Of a stretch of 64,000 nt of DNA, positions 37,301 to 51,065 are shown one piece after another; position 1 is the stretch's first letter, and each line of letters starts with the position of its first letter. The stretch lies in assembly GCF_009914755.1 (NCBI RefSeq), contig NC_060928.1; one strand, 5' to 3'. The stretch is from the human T2T-CHM13v2.0 reference genome, Homo sapiens. The position numbers and the translations under genes were made by a program. The notes under the pieces are model-generated. The model was not told the DNA's origin. It worked only from the letters and a program-made list of their open reading frames with translations, and did no database searches.

Positions 37301-38596
37301 TCTATTTACAGTTTTATTTTTGTTCTTCCAGAAATATTAAGGCATAAACCTAGGCACCCTTATAAAATTCATTTAATTATATTATGCCACACATACTATT
37401 CTGTAGCTTTCTTTTCTGTGGATAAAAGTGTAGCATGGATGTCTTCAAATATATAGTATGAATGTCATCAAAGATGCAAAGAGATCTGCCACATTCTTTT
37501 TAAGGCCTGCATAGAGTTGTATTCTATCATATACCATAATCAGTTCCTTATTGATGGGCCTTTAGTTTGTGTCCCGATTTTTGCTATTGCAAATGATACT
37601 TAATGAAAATTTCACAAAGAAATATTGCCAAAATTCTCTAAGTATATCCATAAGGTAAATTTATAGAAATAGAGTATATGTTGAAAATTTTATTATATGA
37701 ATTCCCAAATTACTTTCTAAAATGTTTATACTAATTTATCATTATCCAACAGTGTGTTAAAGTACTTGTATCTTTATACCCTCACTAGCATTGGGTATTA
37801 TCACACTTAAACATTTTGTCAGTTTGAAAGTTGATATAGGTGTGAGTGTGAGCACATGTGTACTTTTAACAGCTTAAAAATTTCAGTGTGAACATTATCA
37901 TTGTTTCTTTGGTTACAGTGTTATTCTCTTTTACCCCTTAAGATTCTGAATTTCCTCATCTGTCCACCATTCTTATTTCCTTTATTTTCATATTCCTAGC
38001 CCCACTCTTATTCTCCACAACTCTCTTTTTTGTGTATGCAGTCTCCTATTGACTCCTTTTACCATAGACCGTTTCTGACTCACCCCTACCATCACCTGCT
38101 CTGTTTACAAGTGCCTGGTAAATAAAATTGACAAGAGCCATGATCATTAAAAGTTGATTGTAAAATTGAAGTGTTCACAAACACTGAGATTGCCTGGCAT
38201 TTGCTAACTACTGAAAAGAAAGCCTTTTCTATCCAGTAGAAAAGGGGACCGGTTTTTCTGACCCATGATACAGTAGGGATTTTTAATGTATCCTATGTAT
38301 TTAAAAAATTATCCTTATTTTTTGACTTTTCTTAAGCTTTATTTTCTGATCAGGTAAAATTATCGTTAGCTCATTTAGAATCTAAGCATAAAAAAAAACA
38401 GAAAACAACCAACTTAATATGTAAATTCTCTTTAACAAATATGTAAAAATACTGGCTCTGATCCAGACACAATGCTGGTGATACAAAAAGATTATGACCT
38501 TTTTTCCTCAAGAAAAATACTTCTCGTAGGCGAGATAGATATGTAAATAAAGTACAGGAAAATGTGGTGAGTATAATAATAGAAATGTGTATATTG

Positions 38597-38892
38597 GGCT
38601 GGGTGCAGTGGCTCACACCTGTGATCCCAGCACTTTCGGAAGCTGAGGTGGGCAGATCACCTGAGGTCAGGAGTTTGAAACCAGCCCGGCCAACAAGGTG
38701 AAATCCCTTCTCTACTAAAAATACAAAAATTAGCCAGGCATGGTGGTGCATGCTGTAGTCCCAGCTACCTGGGAGGCTGAGGCAGGTGAACTGCTTTAAC
38801 CTGGGAGGCGGAGGTTGCAGTGAGCCGAGATGCGCCACTGCACTCCAGCCTGGGCAACAGAGCGAGACTTCATCTCAAAAAAAAAAAAAAAA
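38597..38892 (+). mobile_element. AluSx-like, sense
   Basis: Full dimer with poly-A. Confidence 0.92.
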
Positions 38893-40658
38893 GGTATGTG
38901 TTTATATATATACATGATATAGAAGTTACAGAAAAGTAGCAATGATTGTTTGGAGTAGCAATGGAACAAGTAGGTCAAGGATGGGTTCTAGGAGGAGTTC
39001 GAAAATATATACCAGGTAGATAAAGGGTCGTTCGTATTTCAAAATAACATGCATGATGATCAGTGGACCACACATTATTGATTCAACTGTTTTAAAGAAA
39101 CCAAATAACAGTGATTTAACTTTGATAGAAAGTTAATTTTCTCCCAAGTTTAAATTGGTTTTCAGCTCAGGGCTTCTTCGCTCCACAGGATTATCCAGGG
39201 ATCAAGGTTTCCACCCCACCTCTTTTTTGTTGTTGCAGTCTTCTAGGGTTTTTTTTTCTATGTGGTTGAAGCTTGCTGACTACTATGTCTGAATTGTAGC
39301 CTGTGTGAAAGAGGCAAGAGGAGATACAGAATAAGCAATTTCTTACAAGCATGTGAGCTATTGCTCTCATCACTTTTGCCCCATCCCATGGTCCATAGCT
39401 TAGTCATACGGCTTAGCTCAAGGTCTGTGTTTTGTAGCATCTAGGTGGGTGATCATGTGATCATATACCTGGCTAAACTTTATTAAAAGAAGAGGGGAGA
39501 GATTTGGGGAGAAATTAAGGTTTTGCCATACCTGAGGAAGAACCAGGAAACCTAAAGGAATAAGAAAATAGAAGGCAAGAATTTTTTTGTTGTTGTTATA
39601 TCCCCAACTCCTAGAAGAGTGCCTGACATATAGCAGGTACTCAATAAATAATTGTTGGATGAATATATATATATGTATGAATAAACAAAATTTTCTAATT
39701 TAAGATCAATTAGAAATTATTAAACAACATTTCAAATTATATAGTGAATCAGTGGGAGAGCTTTTGTCTACAAAATTTAACCAATGTGAAACTAAACTTT
39801 TAAAAGTGGAGTAATATCGCTGGAATTGTTGGAATTTCACAAAATGACAGAATTAACTGTCTTGTCCTCTATTTATTATAAAAATATTTAGGCAGGTGTA
39901 TAGTTTGATGTTACTCAAGAAAGTTAAAACGTGTCCAAATACTGTAGCATTAACCTGTCAGAATAGAGACTTTGAAGTAATTTTCAAAGGGTGACTGTTA
40001 GTATTTTATAACATACCACAAATCCATTTTATATTAGCTGTGAGGCTCTCAGAACTTGCTTTGTTTTTTTTTCACTGTTAGATTTCTTGCATGATTTAAA
40101 ATACTTGGCCTTCAGCCTGCTTCTCCAGAACACTTCTAAGTGTAATCGAAGGCCACTTACATTGTTGCTGGGTTTTCTTCACTTGTTCTTCATTATAAGA
40201 TAAGAGTTCTTTCTAATTTTCTATAAATGTTGACTATCCCATTTTACAGAGGTATATATAATACCTTTCTGTTTGTCAAAAACTAAAATGTTCTTTCCTT
40301 TCACTTTTGTTAATATTGACTACCTCACATATTTCAAAAACAAAGAAAAGTGATAGCATTGTAGTTGAGGTTTCTTTCATTTGCTGAGAGTGGTAATCAA
40401 AGAATGGAACTTTCCACTAGGAAAAAATTACTTAAGCTATAAAATACGGTATATTAGGACTTGTCATAAGAAGTATTTATCAACAAAATAGGGCATGGCT
40501 ATAGTTTAAAGAAAAATTTAAAATGTGTTTATTTGCTTTTTTTAGCCTTTCATAACATTTAATACCATAATAAATTACATAACTCTCATGACCTATTATA
40601 TATATTCAAGAACCTATAAAATATATATATTCAAGAACCTGTAAAATCAGATCCATGT

Positions 40659-40691
<33 letters not shown>

Positions 40692-41589
40692 TTTCTAGTA
40701 GCAATTAGCAGACTTTTATGGCTGAATCCAGTTGGGTAGAGTTTCATAAATATAGAAGCACTTACTGTAGTTTTCATAGGTTTTAGATTTTACAGTCAAT
40801 TCTAACTAAAAAATCTTTGGGGATTAATAAAGTTAGGTAAAAGTTGGAAATAAAAACAGATTTGCATAGGTAATGCACACTGGAACTTTAAAGAAGTGCA
40901 ATGTACTATGAAAGTGACTTAGTTTTTTATCTTTTTAAGAATAATTTTGGTGTCTTTATAAGTGCTTTGCTATCATTGTAGCAACTTGGTAGAATTTGCC
41001 ACATTTTGTAAAACATGTTTGGTCTTCAAAAGTATGTTTAGTTAAAGATTGCTATATTTTCAATCAACTTCTGCTTTTTTTCATTTCAAAGTAATTCCTT
41101 TCAAGTGTACCTGTATATACAAATGAAGCCTTTTAAAATGACTTACTCTAATATTTTTTGACAAATCATAAAATAAGGAATTTTGATATTTTATCTTAGA
41201 ACATTGGAGACTCCTTGGGTTCATAGCGTTTTTCAAAAGAAAATCTAAAGAGAAATTAATCCATATTCATACATTTCAGGTAAGAAAGTAAGGAAATGAA
41301 ACATCACACATTGTCTTGAGATCTGTTGCTTCATACAGCCGTAGCTCTAGTAAGCTCTTTCCCAAAAAAGGGAAAACTGCTGAGCAGAGAGACTATAGGA
41401 ACCTGCATGTGGGATCACCTGAGGTTTGCTTCTTGAGTGGCAAAAGTTGAAATACAAACACAGGAAGTCTGGCTTCTGCTAATTAGCACATACTTTTATG
41501 TCCCGAACAAATTCTCTTCTTCTTCTAAAGGAAGAAGGGTGATTTTGCTTTTATTCCCTCTATAGTACCCTTCTCCCTTCCATTCATCC

Positions 41590-41881
41590 TTTTTTTTTGA
41601 GACAGTGTCTTATTTACTCTGTCCCCCACAATGGAGTGCAAGTGGCACGAACTTGACTCACTGCAACCTTCACCTCTTTGTTTCAACTGATTCTTGTGTC
41701 TCAGCCTCCTGAGTAGGTGGGGATTACAGGCGCCTGGCACCACATCCAGCTAATTTTTTGTATTTTTAGTAGAGATGGGGTTTCACCAGGTTGGCCATGC
41801 TAGTCTCCTGGCTTCAAGTGATCTGCCCACGGTCGCCTCCCAAAGTGTTAGGATTACAGGCATGAGCCACTGCGCCCGGCC
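41590..41881 (-). mobile_element. AluS
   Basis: Antisense dimer with flanking ccattcat. Confidence 0.9.
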
Positions 41882-42029
41882 CCATTCATTCCTTGATTTA
41901 GGACTTCAGCATATCACACCAAATCTAGTAAAAGTTAAAAAACTTTTCAGTGGTTCTACATGTGCTGGCATCTCCTTTAATAACTCTCTGTCCCTTTATT
42001 ACTATTTTCTATGACAAAGTACACATGTA

Positions 42030-43795
42030 CACACATTCTGAATGCCTGCCGAGTGGCAAAAACTGTTCCTAACTATGGGGATATATTGTTGTCCAGAAGT
42101 TCTTGCCCTCAACTAGATCACTTTCTAGTTAGGGTATAGATAATATACAAATAAATATATATGTACTTATGATGGTGGAGTGTGTGTATGTGTGGCTATT
42201 ATAGAAAGGTTGGTCAGGGAAGGCCTGCCTCTCTAAATTGGAGGTAACATTTGAATAGAGACTGAATGAAATAAGAGAACAAGTTATGAAGATATCTGAG
42301 AGAAAAGTATTCTTGAGACAGGAGGCAGCAAGTACAAAGGCTCTGAGAAAAAAAGGGGATTGAGCTTTTATAGGAACAAGAGGTATTTCTTCTGGGTGTT
42401 AGAAAAGGCTAAAATATCTTTGAAGAAAAACATGCTCAAAAAGTTCTGAGAAAAGTATTAAATACACAAAGGAAACTACTTTGATACAGGAGGACATAGA
42501 ATTACATATTTTACTGACAATACATTCCTGAATATCTTTACATAATAGCAATCTTAACTTGCTTTTATTTGAATAGAAAAGCCTTTCGTGCAGAGTTTTT
42601 TTTTTTTTTTAACATCAGGAAACCCTTATGAGGCTAACAATAGACTTCAAGATTCTGTGAACTTCCTGAAATTTTATGCAGAGTACTGTGTGTACGTGCA
42701 TGTGTACATTTTTCTTGGGTGAGTGGTTGTGTTTTCCATCAGGAATTCATGACTCATTCGTTGAGCAAATAGTTATTGGGTACCTACTATATGCCAGGCG
42801 TTACTCTAGATAATGGGGTTATATACATCAACAAAGTAGACAACAATCCTTGCCTTCATGGGATAGACGTGTAGATGGTATAAAGGTAGATATCTGTTGA
42901 TAGAAGATGAATGGTAGAAAATAAGTAAAAAAAAGAAAGTATTTTAGATGGAAGTGCTAAGGAGGAAAAAACAAGTTGGAAGAAGGAAGTGTATGTAAGT
43001 AGTAGAGTTAGGATATTGAAATTTTAGATAGGATATCTCATGTGAACTTCTCTAAAAACATGACTTTTGAATCATGATCCAAAGAAAGTGACCGAAGGAA
43101 GGCGTTACATGCAGAAGAAACAGCAAATGCAAGGCCTTGACAGTATATCTGGTATGGTTGAGGACTAGCATAGCTAGCGTGGCTAGAGCAGAGAGCAGGG
43201 GTTGTAGGTGATTAGGTCATAGTAAGGCTACTGTCTTTTAGTTAGAGTGAGATGGAGACCCTTTGAAGGGATTGAGCAGACTAACATGATCTGGCTTCTA
43301 AAAGGCTCAGTCTCACTGCTGTATTGGCAGTAGACTGAAGGGAACCTGGATGGAAGCAGAGTCCAGTTAAGGGTCTTTTGCAATAACCTTGGCTAGAGAT
43401 GAGAGTAGCTTGGACCTATTCATTAACAGTGAAAGTGATGACACTGACTGGAGTCAGGATATACTTTAAAGATATAGTTTATGGAATTTACTGATTGAAT
43501 GGATATGAGGTGTGATAGAAAGTGAAGAGAGCCAAGAATGGTTGCAAGATTTTTTGCTGACAAAACTGGAATAATGAAGTTGCTTCTAATTGATAGGAAA
43601 GATTACAAAGCAGAGTAAATGAATAGGCGGAAGGGTTATTATCAGAAGCTCAGATTTGGACCTGTTAAGTTTGAGATGCCTTTTAGATGTCCAAATGGAA
43701 CTGTGTAATAGGTCATTGGATATTCAAGTCTGAATCAGAGAAAAGGGCTGGGATAGGGATCAAATTTGTGAGTCATCTGCATATAGATAGTTCTT
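42030..43795. mobile_element. L2 fragments
   Basis: ggtcagggaaggcct...gaggtaacatttgaatagagactgaatg; cattcgttgagcaaatagttattgggtacctactatatgccagg; tgttaagtttgagatgcct. Confidence 0.65.
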
Positions 43796-43885
43796 AAACT
43801 TTGATTTTCCTCAGTAAGTATGATGTTTGCTGTTTGTTTAAATATTCTTTATTATGTAAATGAATAGTTTTTAAAAGAGGTTTGA

Positions 43886-44838
<953 letters not shown>

Positions 44839-46148
44839 AGTTTAATGATACTATACTTATTATATGCAATGCAGTGAGTTTTTTTTCCCTATTCTTTCTG
44901 TCCTTCATGTTGATTGCAGACCACCACTGGTTTCTCTCAGCTGGAAATTATAAACCTTGGAAAATATAGTTATACAAGAATCTTTTAAATGCCTTTGAAT
45001 TTAGTTTGATGATTGTTAGATTTTTGCATCTATAGTTATTGGTACTATTAATCAGTGTGTTTCGTGCCATTTTTATCTGGATTTGATGTCAGGATTATGA
45101 ACTTCAAAGCTTCCCATCTTTTTCTGTGCTCAAGAGCAGTTTATATTACATGGGAATTATCTTTGTCTTTCAAGTTTGAAAAAATTAATAAAAGCAGCTT
45201 GTCCAAGAGCTTATTTTTGGAGGAGGGTCATAATTCTTTGATAATTACTGTTTCTTATGACTGGACCCATCTTTCACTAGATAGTTCTGAATCTTGCCTC
45301 CTCCCTTCATTCACGGCTCCGCTCAAATACCACATTTTAGAGAAGCCCCCACCTTGAGACCCCTTCTCACAAAGCAGTCCTCATGCCTTTCATTCCTTTG
45401 ATTACATTTTTTTTCATAGTGCTTATTGCTACTTGGCATGCTATATATGTGTATGTTTGTCATGTTTGTCATGTTCTCTCCTTCCTACTAGAGTGTTAGC
45501 TTCATGATGGTAAGAACGTGGCCTATCATTTTTACTCATAGTCTATTCATTTTACTTTGTACATCAAGAAAAATTTATGGTACATATCGGTACTCAGTAT
45601 TTGTAGAATAAATTAATAACCTTTTTCATCTTTCATGGCTCATAGTCTGTTTTTTCTCTTAATTTCTTAAGTGAATTTTGGTAGTTATATACCTAAGAAA
45701 GCCATCCAAATTTACTAGCATAACTTTGTACTTAGAATCTTATTTGTAAATGCCCTCAGTATCTGCATATGTTTTCTCCCACTTTTTTATTTCAAAAAAT
45801 TTCAAATGAGTAGAAAAGTTGAAAGAACAGTACAAAGAACACCCATATACTACTCATCACCTAGATTTACCAATTTTGTCACATTTGCTTACAAAAACTA
45901 ATACAACTAGATTACTTACAGAAACTAGTAGGTATTCTTTTGTGAATTTTCTAAACCACTTGAAAGTAAGTAACAGGCATTGTAGTACTTCACCCGTAAA
46001 CATTTTAGCATGCATAGCCTGAGGCTAGGGATATTTTCATATATGTATGAAAAATAATGAAATATATATGTTTAATATGTATTAAACTATATAATTAGAT
46101 ATATATGTGTGTGTGTATTTAACTGTGAATAGATTTATAGAGATATAA

Positions 46149-46330
<182 letters not shown>

Positions 46331-47419
46331 AGTACTTTTCTTTTTAAGAACAGTTTTTAAAATTTAATTATTGGTACTTTTTAAATTTGTAGTTTATTGC
46401 TGCTTTTTTTCCTTATCCTGTTTTTCTGAGATGTGTTGTTGGTTTTCTGATTATCTAAGTTATATATGAGATTTGTGAGGTTTTTTTTTTTTAAATGATG
46501 AAAGAGTTTCAGTGTGTGAATTTGCCTCTAATTACAATTTTGGCTGCATCACCATGTTTTGATTCTTAGTTTTCTTGTTATTATTTTCTAAGTAGTCTGC
46601 AATGGCACTTTTTATTTCTTATTTGGGAGAGTATTTTATACTTTGCAACCTTTTTTGGCTTAAGTTTTTTAATATTTTTGTTTTATGGCTGAAGAATGCA
46701 TCCTTTGTAGTTTCTATTTTTTAAAATATCTTGAGACTTTCATTCTGGCATATATGGACACTTGAAAATAACATGTGTTCTGAGAATTCTAGGTAAAGAT
46801 AGTGGTTTGAACACCACAGTGGTAACTTATTAGAAAATTCCAACTCTTAAATCAGCAATGGCAAAAGCCAAACACAATCTAAACCTTAGTATCTTTAAAA
46901 GACTTAAAATGGGGCTCTAGATACCTCTGGAACTGCATGTTAGTGGTGAGCTTGGGGATGGGACAGGAGGAATCTGAAAAAGGGAATTTTTTTATCCTTA
47001 CTTTATCATGCTGGGTAACTGCCCTTTCCTTGCCAGCACATGACTGGAGAGATTAAAATATAGGGTCTCTACACTGGGGGAGATCAGGAGTTGAAACTGA
47101 AAATAAGGAGATTAAGTGAATATATCAATATTGAATGCTGAGAAACTCCCCTTACCCTCCACCACCATTTCTCTTCCTTGATTTAGCTCCCAGAACTCTG
47201 GCAGCCAGGCCTCACCCTCTAGGCAGGAGATAAGAAGAGGTTTAGTTCAAGGATCTAATGATAGTAAGGCTTTTGACCCAGCTTTACAATTTTTTCCTTC
47301 CCATTTTGAACATTCATGGTGGCTTTCCTCTCTCTTTCCATTTCTGGATAAAGAGATACTTGGTCATTTCTGGTACTTTGTGAGAACTATTTGACATGAT
47401 TTAAGAATCATTCTTATAG

Positions 47420-47731
47420 TTTTTTTCTTTTTTACTTTTTTTTTTTTTTGAGACAGAGTCTCACTCTGTTGCTCAAGCTGGAGTGCAGTGGTGCGATCTT
47501 GGCTCACCGCAACCTCTGCCTCCTGGGTTCAGGTGATTCTCTTGCCTCAGTCTCCTGTTTAGCTGGGACCACAGGCGCATGCCACCGTGCCCAGCTAATT
47601 TTTGTATTTTTAGTAGAGACGGGGCTTCGTCATGTTGGCCAGTCTGGTCTTGAACTCCTGGCCTCAAGTGATCCACCTGCCTTGGCCTCCTAAAGTGCTG
47701 GGATTTCGGGCGTGAGCTGCCTCATCTGGCC
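47420..47731 (-). mobile_element. AluS
   Basis: Antisense dimer. Confidence 0.9.
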
Positions 47732-49967
47732 TATAACTTGTTTTTGATGCTTGTTTTCAGGTTTCTCTTCTGTCTTCCTCTCTCCCATGTTCTCTTTACC
47801 TTTTTTTTCTTTTAATAGCTCTTTGAAGTTTTTCATTTCTATTTTCTTCTTCCCTTTCTCTCATTACTTTTTTATCCCACTCTTTTATACTTTTCCCTCC
47901 CTCCTTGGTCATCTACTTACATGTCAGAAAGACATGAAAGATAGAATGAAACCTATCAGAAAATTAATGTGAATTAGTGGGAAGTGTGTCTCACAGAATA
48001 GTTTTTCAATGACATGCAACCTAATTAATTTTAGTTACAGAGTGTCTAATAAAAAATATTGCCTGGTAGATGTTGCCTGAATTAATGCTATATAATTAAC
48101 AAATTGTTGTTTTAAAAGGTTGTTTTCTAAAGATGTTTAAATGTTTTCTTATAATCTTATTTACATTATTTATGTTTTTAAAACATATTTGGCACAGTTT
48201 CTGAATTATTAATTCCAAGTTAGTGACATCAGTAAGTTTATTGTGAAGCATCAATTCCTCCTGTGAGTAGAGCCCTACTCTGTTTTTTTATATCACAGGA
48301 CAGATTCCTGTTAGTATACTATAAATCAAGTTAAGTCAATAAAAGCAAATAAAGTATTGTAAATAAACTACATACTTTAAAAATATGGATGTTACTTGTT
48401 CTGTTTCAGTTTAAAAACTATTACTATAGTATTTTAATAATATTTAATTCAAATATAAAATCTTGATTATTTGGAATGAGGAAAAATGATAAAAATTTCA
48501 CTAAGTACAATTGAAATGATGAAAAACCTCTTTAAAGTACAATATATAAATGCATTTATATGATAGCCTAGGAGATTAGGCATTAAGTTAAAACATTAAA
48601 GAAAAAAACTATAGCCATATTACAATCATGTAAATATCCAGATCTTGAGAACATGTAAATAATAATGCTATTGGCAAATCCAATCTAAGCTTGTTTTCTA
48701 GAGAGAAGAAAAGAGTAAGACAACTCAGAGTTATATTTATACCAAATCATGTCAAGGCCTGATTTAACAAGTATTTCTTGTCTGGATTTCAAATATATTT
48801 GGAGCTTTGACATACTTAATATAAAAGCAAAGCCTTTGATATGTTCTTTGTTTTTCTTCTTTTTAAAGTGTAGACATGGTCCAATTATAGGTGAGTATCA
48901 TTTTGTGTGCTTGTGTAACAGTGAATGGTTTTGTGGCAAGCGTATTGTCAACCTGGCAGCTGATAAAAGCTGAAGCATATTGTAACAAAAATAAACAAGT
49001 TCAGGACAAGGGACTATAAACAATAGTAAAATCTTATGTTGAAATTAGAGAGCCTTTGGTTTTAGTGAACATGTTAGAACAGGAAAAGTGAATGTTCTGG
49101 AGTTCAGCCAAACAGCAAGATGTGGATAGTATAAGACATGGAAATTAAATGCTTATTTTGAAGCAACTGGGTCCATAGGTTGAAATAGTAGCTAGCCAGG
49201 AATATTGCTTACATCTACAAACAATAACTGGATAAAAGGAAGCAGCCCATTGGTTCATGGCTCACTGCCACTTCCCTTCCTCCTTTTCCCTTATTCCTTC
49301 TAGTTAATAATTAACTTTTCTTTTGTTGCATTATTTTTGGTGTACTATAGTGTACTGTGTCATAAATAAGGGAATTATAAAGAGAGGAAAATAAACTTTA
49401 GAATGTAAAGTAGAGGAAGTAGGCTGGCAATAGATCTTAGATCTCCAAGGATATGGAGCTAAGAAAGAGGAAAAACTAATATTTATCCAGAATCCTCCAT
49501 TCTGTGTCAGCTCTGTCTTTGTTGCTTTATTATAAGAGAAGTATATTTAGTTGGGGTGAGTCATCCTTGCAGTATTTTATGTTACATCATTTGAATTATT
49601 TTTGATCAAAAACTATTTTTGATCAAAAATAATTTATTATCATTTCTAGTGTTCTTACCTATATTATCACAAAATCAGATTTTAATTTCCCAGAAGTTTT
49701 GGAAATTCAAAGTGTGACTCTCCCCTACTAACAGATTTGAATAATAGCATAAGAAAAACCATACCGTTTGAGAGAAATAGCTAACTTTTCTCATTAATCC
49801 ATTGTATTTACAATGTAGTGATCATAGATAATAGAATGACACATGATGAAAAATATAAATGTTGCATAATGTGTAAAAAGGGAGTAAACTGATCTCCTTT
49901 CCCTTGCCAGCCACTTTGCTGCATAGGCAGCTTTCTTTTGTTGGCTTTATTTAAAAAGCAGTGGTAA

Positions 49968-50115
49968 GCTGGGCATGGTGGCTTATGCCTGTAGTCTCAG
50001 CTACTCAGGAGGCTGAGCAAGAGGATCTCTTGAGCCTGTGAGTTCAAGATCATTCTGGGCAACATAGCAAGATCCCACATCTCTAAATAAAAATAAAAAT
50101 AAAAACAAAAACAAA
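49968..50115 (+). mobile_element. FLAM-type Alu monomer
   Basis: Left monomer followed directly by an A-rich tail; aaaa.cagtgg on both flanks. Confidence 0.8.
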
Positions 50116-50513
50116 TTTAAAACCAGTGGATAAATATGATAGCATTTACTGAATTCTGTCTTTATCCAAATGCCTGGAGAAGAAATTAAGTGGATCTGAA
50201 AGATAATTCCTTATGAGTGTCATTAGTATTACATCTAAAAAAAATAACATTTATTAATATAGTATTTACAGAAACAATAAAAACATCTATAAGGCCATGT
50301 TATGAATTATTAAATATAAATACAAAGTTAAGCATTTTCCAAACAGCTTTATCATAAATAATGATAAAAGCTGCTTTTGCCTCAGAGCACCCTTCTCCCA
50401 TTACAGATTTTGGCAAATATTCATTTGTTAAAGTGATGTAAAGCATAGCTTATACCACAGCTTGTCTTTATATGAATTTTCATGTATTTGTAGATAAATA
50501 ATGTTTTCTAAAA

Positions 50514-50692
50514 CAGAGGCTGGCAAACAATGGCTCCGTGGCCTGTTTTTGTATGGCCTGTGAGCTTAGAACCCCTTTAAAGGGTTTTATTTAAAAAAAA
50601 AAATAGAAGAATAATATGGAACAGAAAGCATAAGTTGCCCTTAAAGTCTAAAATGTTTACCATCTATCTCTTTACAAAAAATATTTACCAAG
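50514..50692 (+). mobile_element. MER58B-like MITE
   Basis: cagaggctggcaaac...cctgtttttgtatggcctgtgagct...ctaaaatgtttaccatct...tttacaaaaaa. Confidence 0.7.
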
Positions 50693-51065
50693 TTTAAAAT
50701 ATAAATACATAATGTATAAACCTGGGAGGTTTCAGTTCCAGGTGAGACAGCATAATCACAAGACACCCTCTCTCTCCCACTGAATGCAGCTGTTATAAAT
50801 GGACAGAATACATGGAATAGCTACTTGAGGATTCTGAAAAGTAAATAATAGCAGGTTGGGAGAGAAGACCAGATTTCGAAGTACCATCAAACTAGTGGCA
50901 AGTTTGCCATTTGTCCCCTTCTGTCGTCACCTGGCCTGGTCTCAACACTGCCTGAAATTAGGCAGCAGACCTAAGTGTAGGCAGAGAGAGCTCCAGGAGA
51001 AACCGTCCAGTTATAGGCTTGAGAAGTGGAAATCATGTCTCCTTGTAGTAATAGTAGGTATAGGG

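Noticed and set aside
48950-48972. cagctgataa as a GATA/E-box composite enhancer
   Set aside because: The spacing does not match the canonical TAL1-GATA1 composite, and a single short motif is insufficient.
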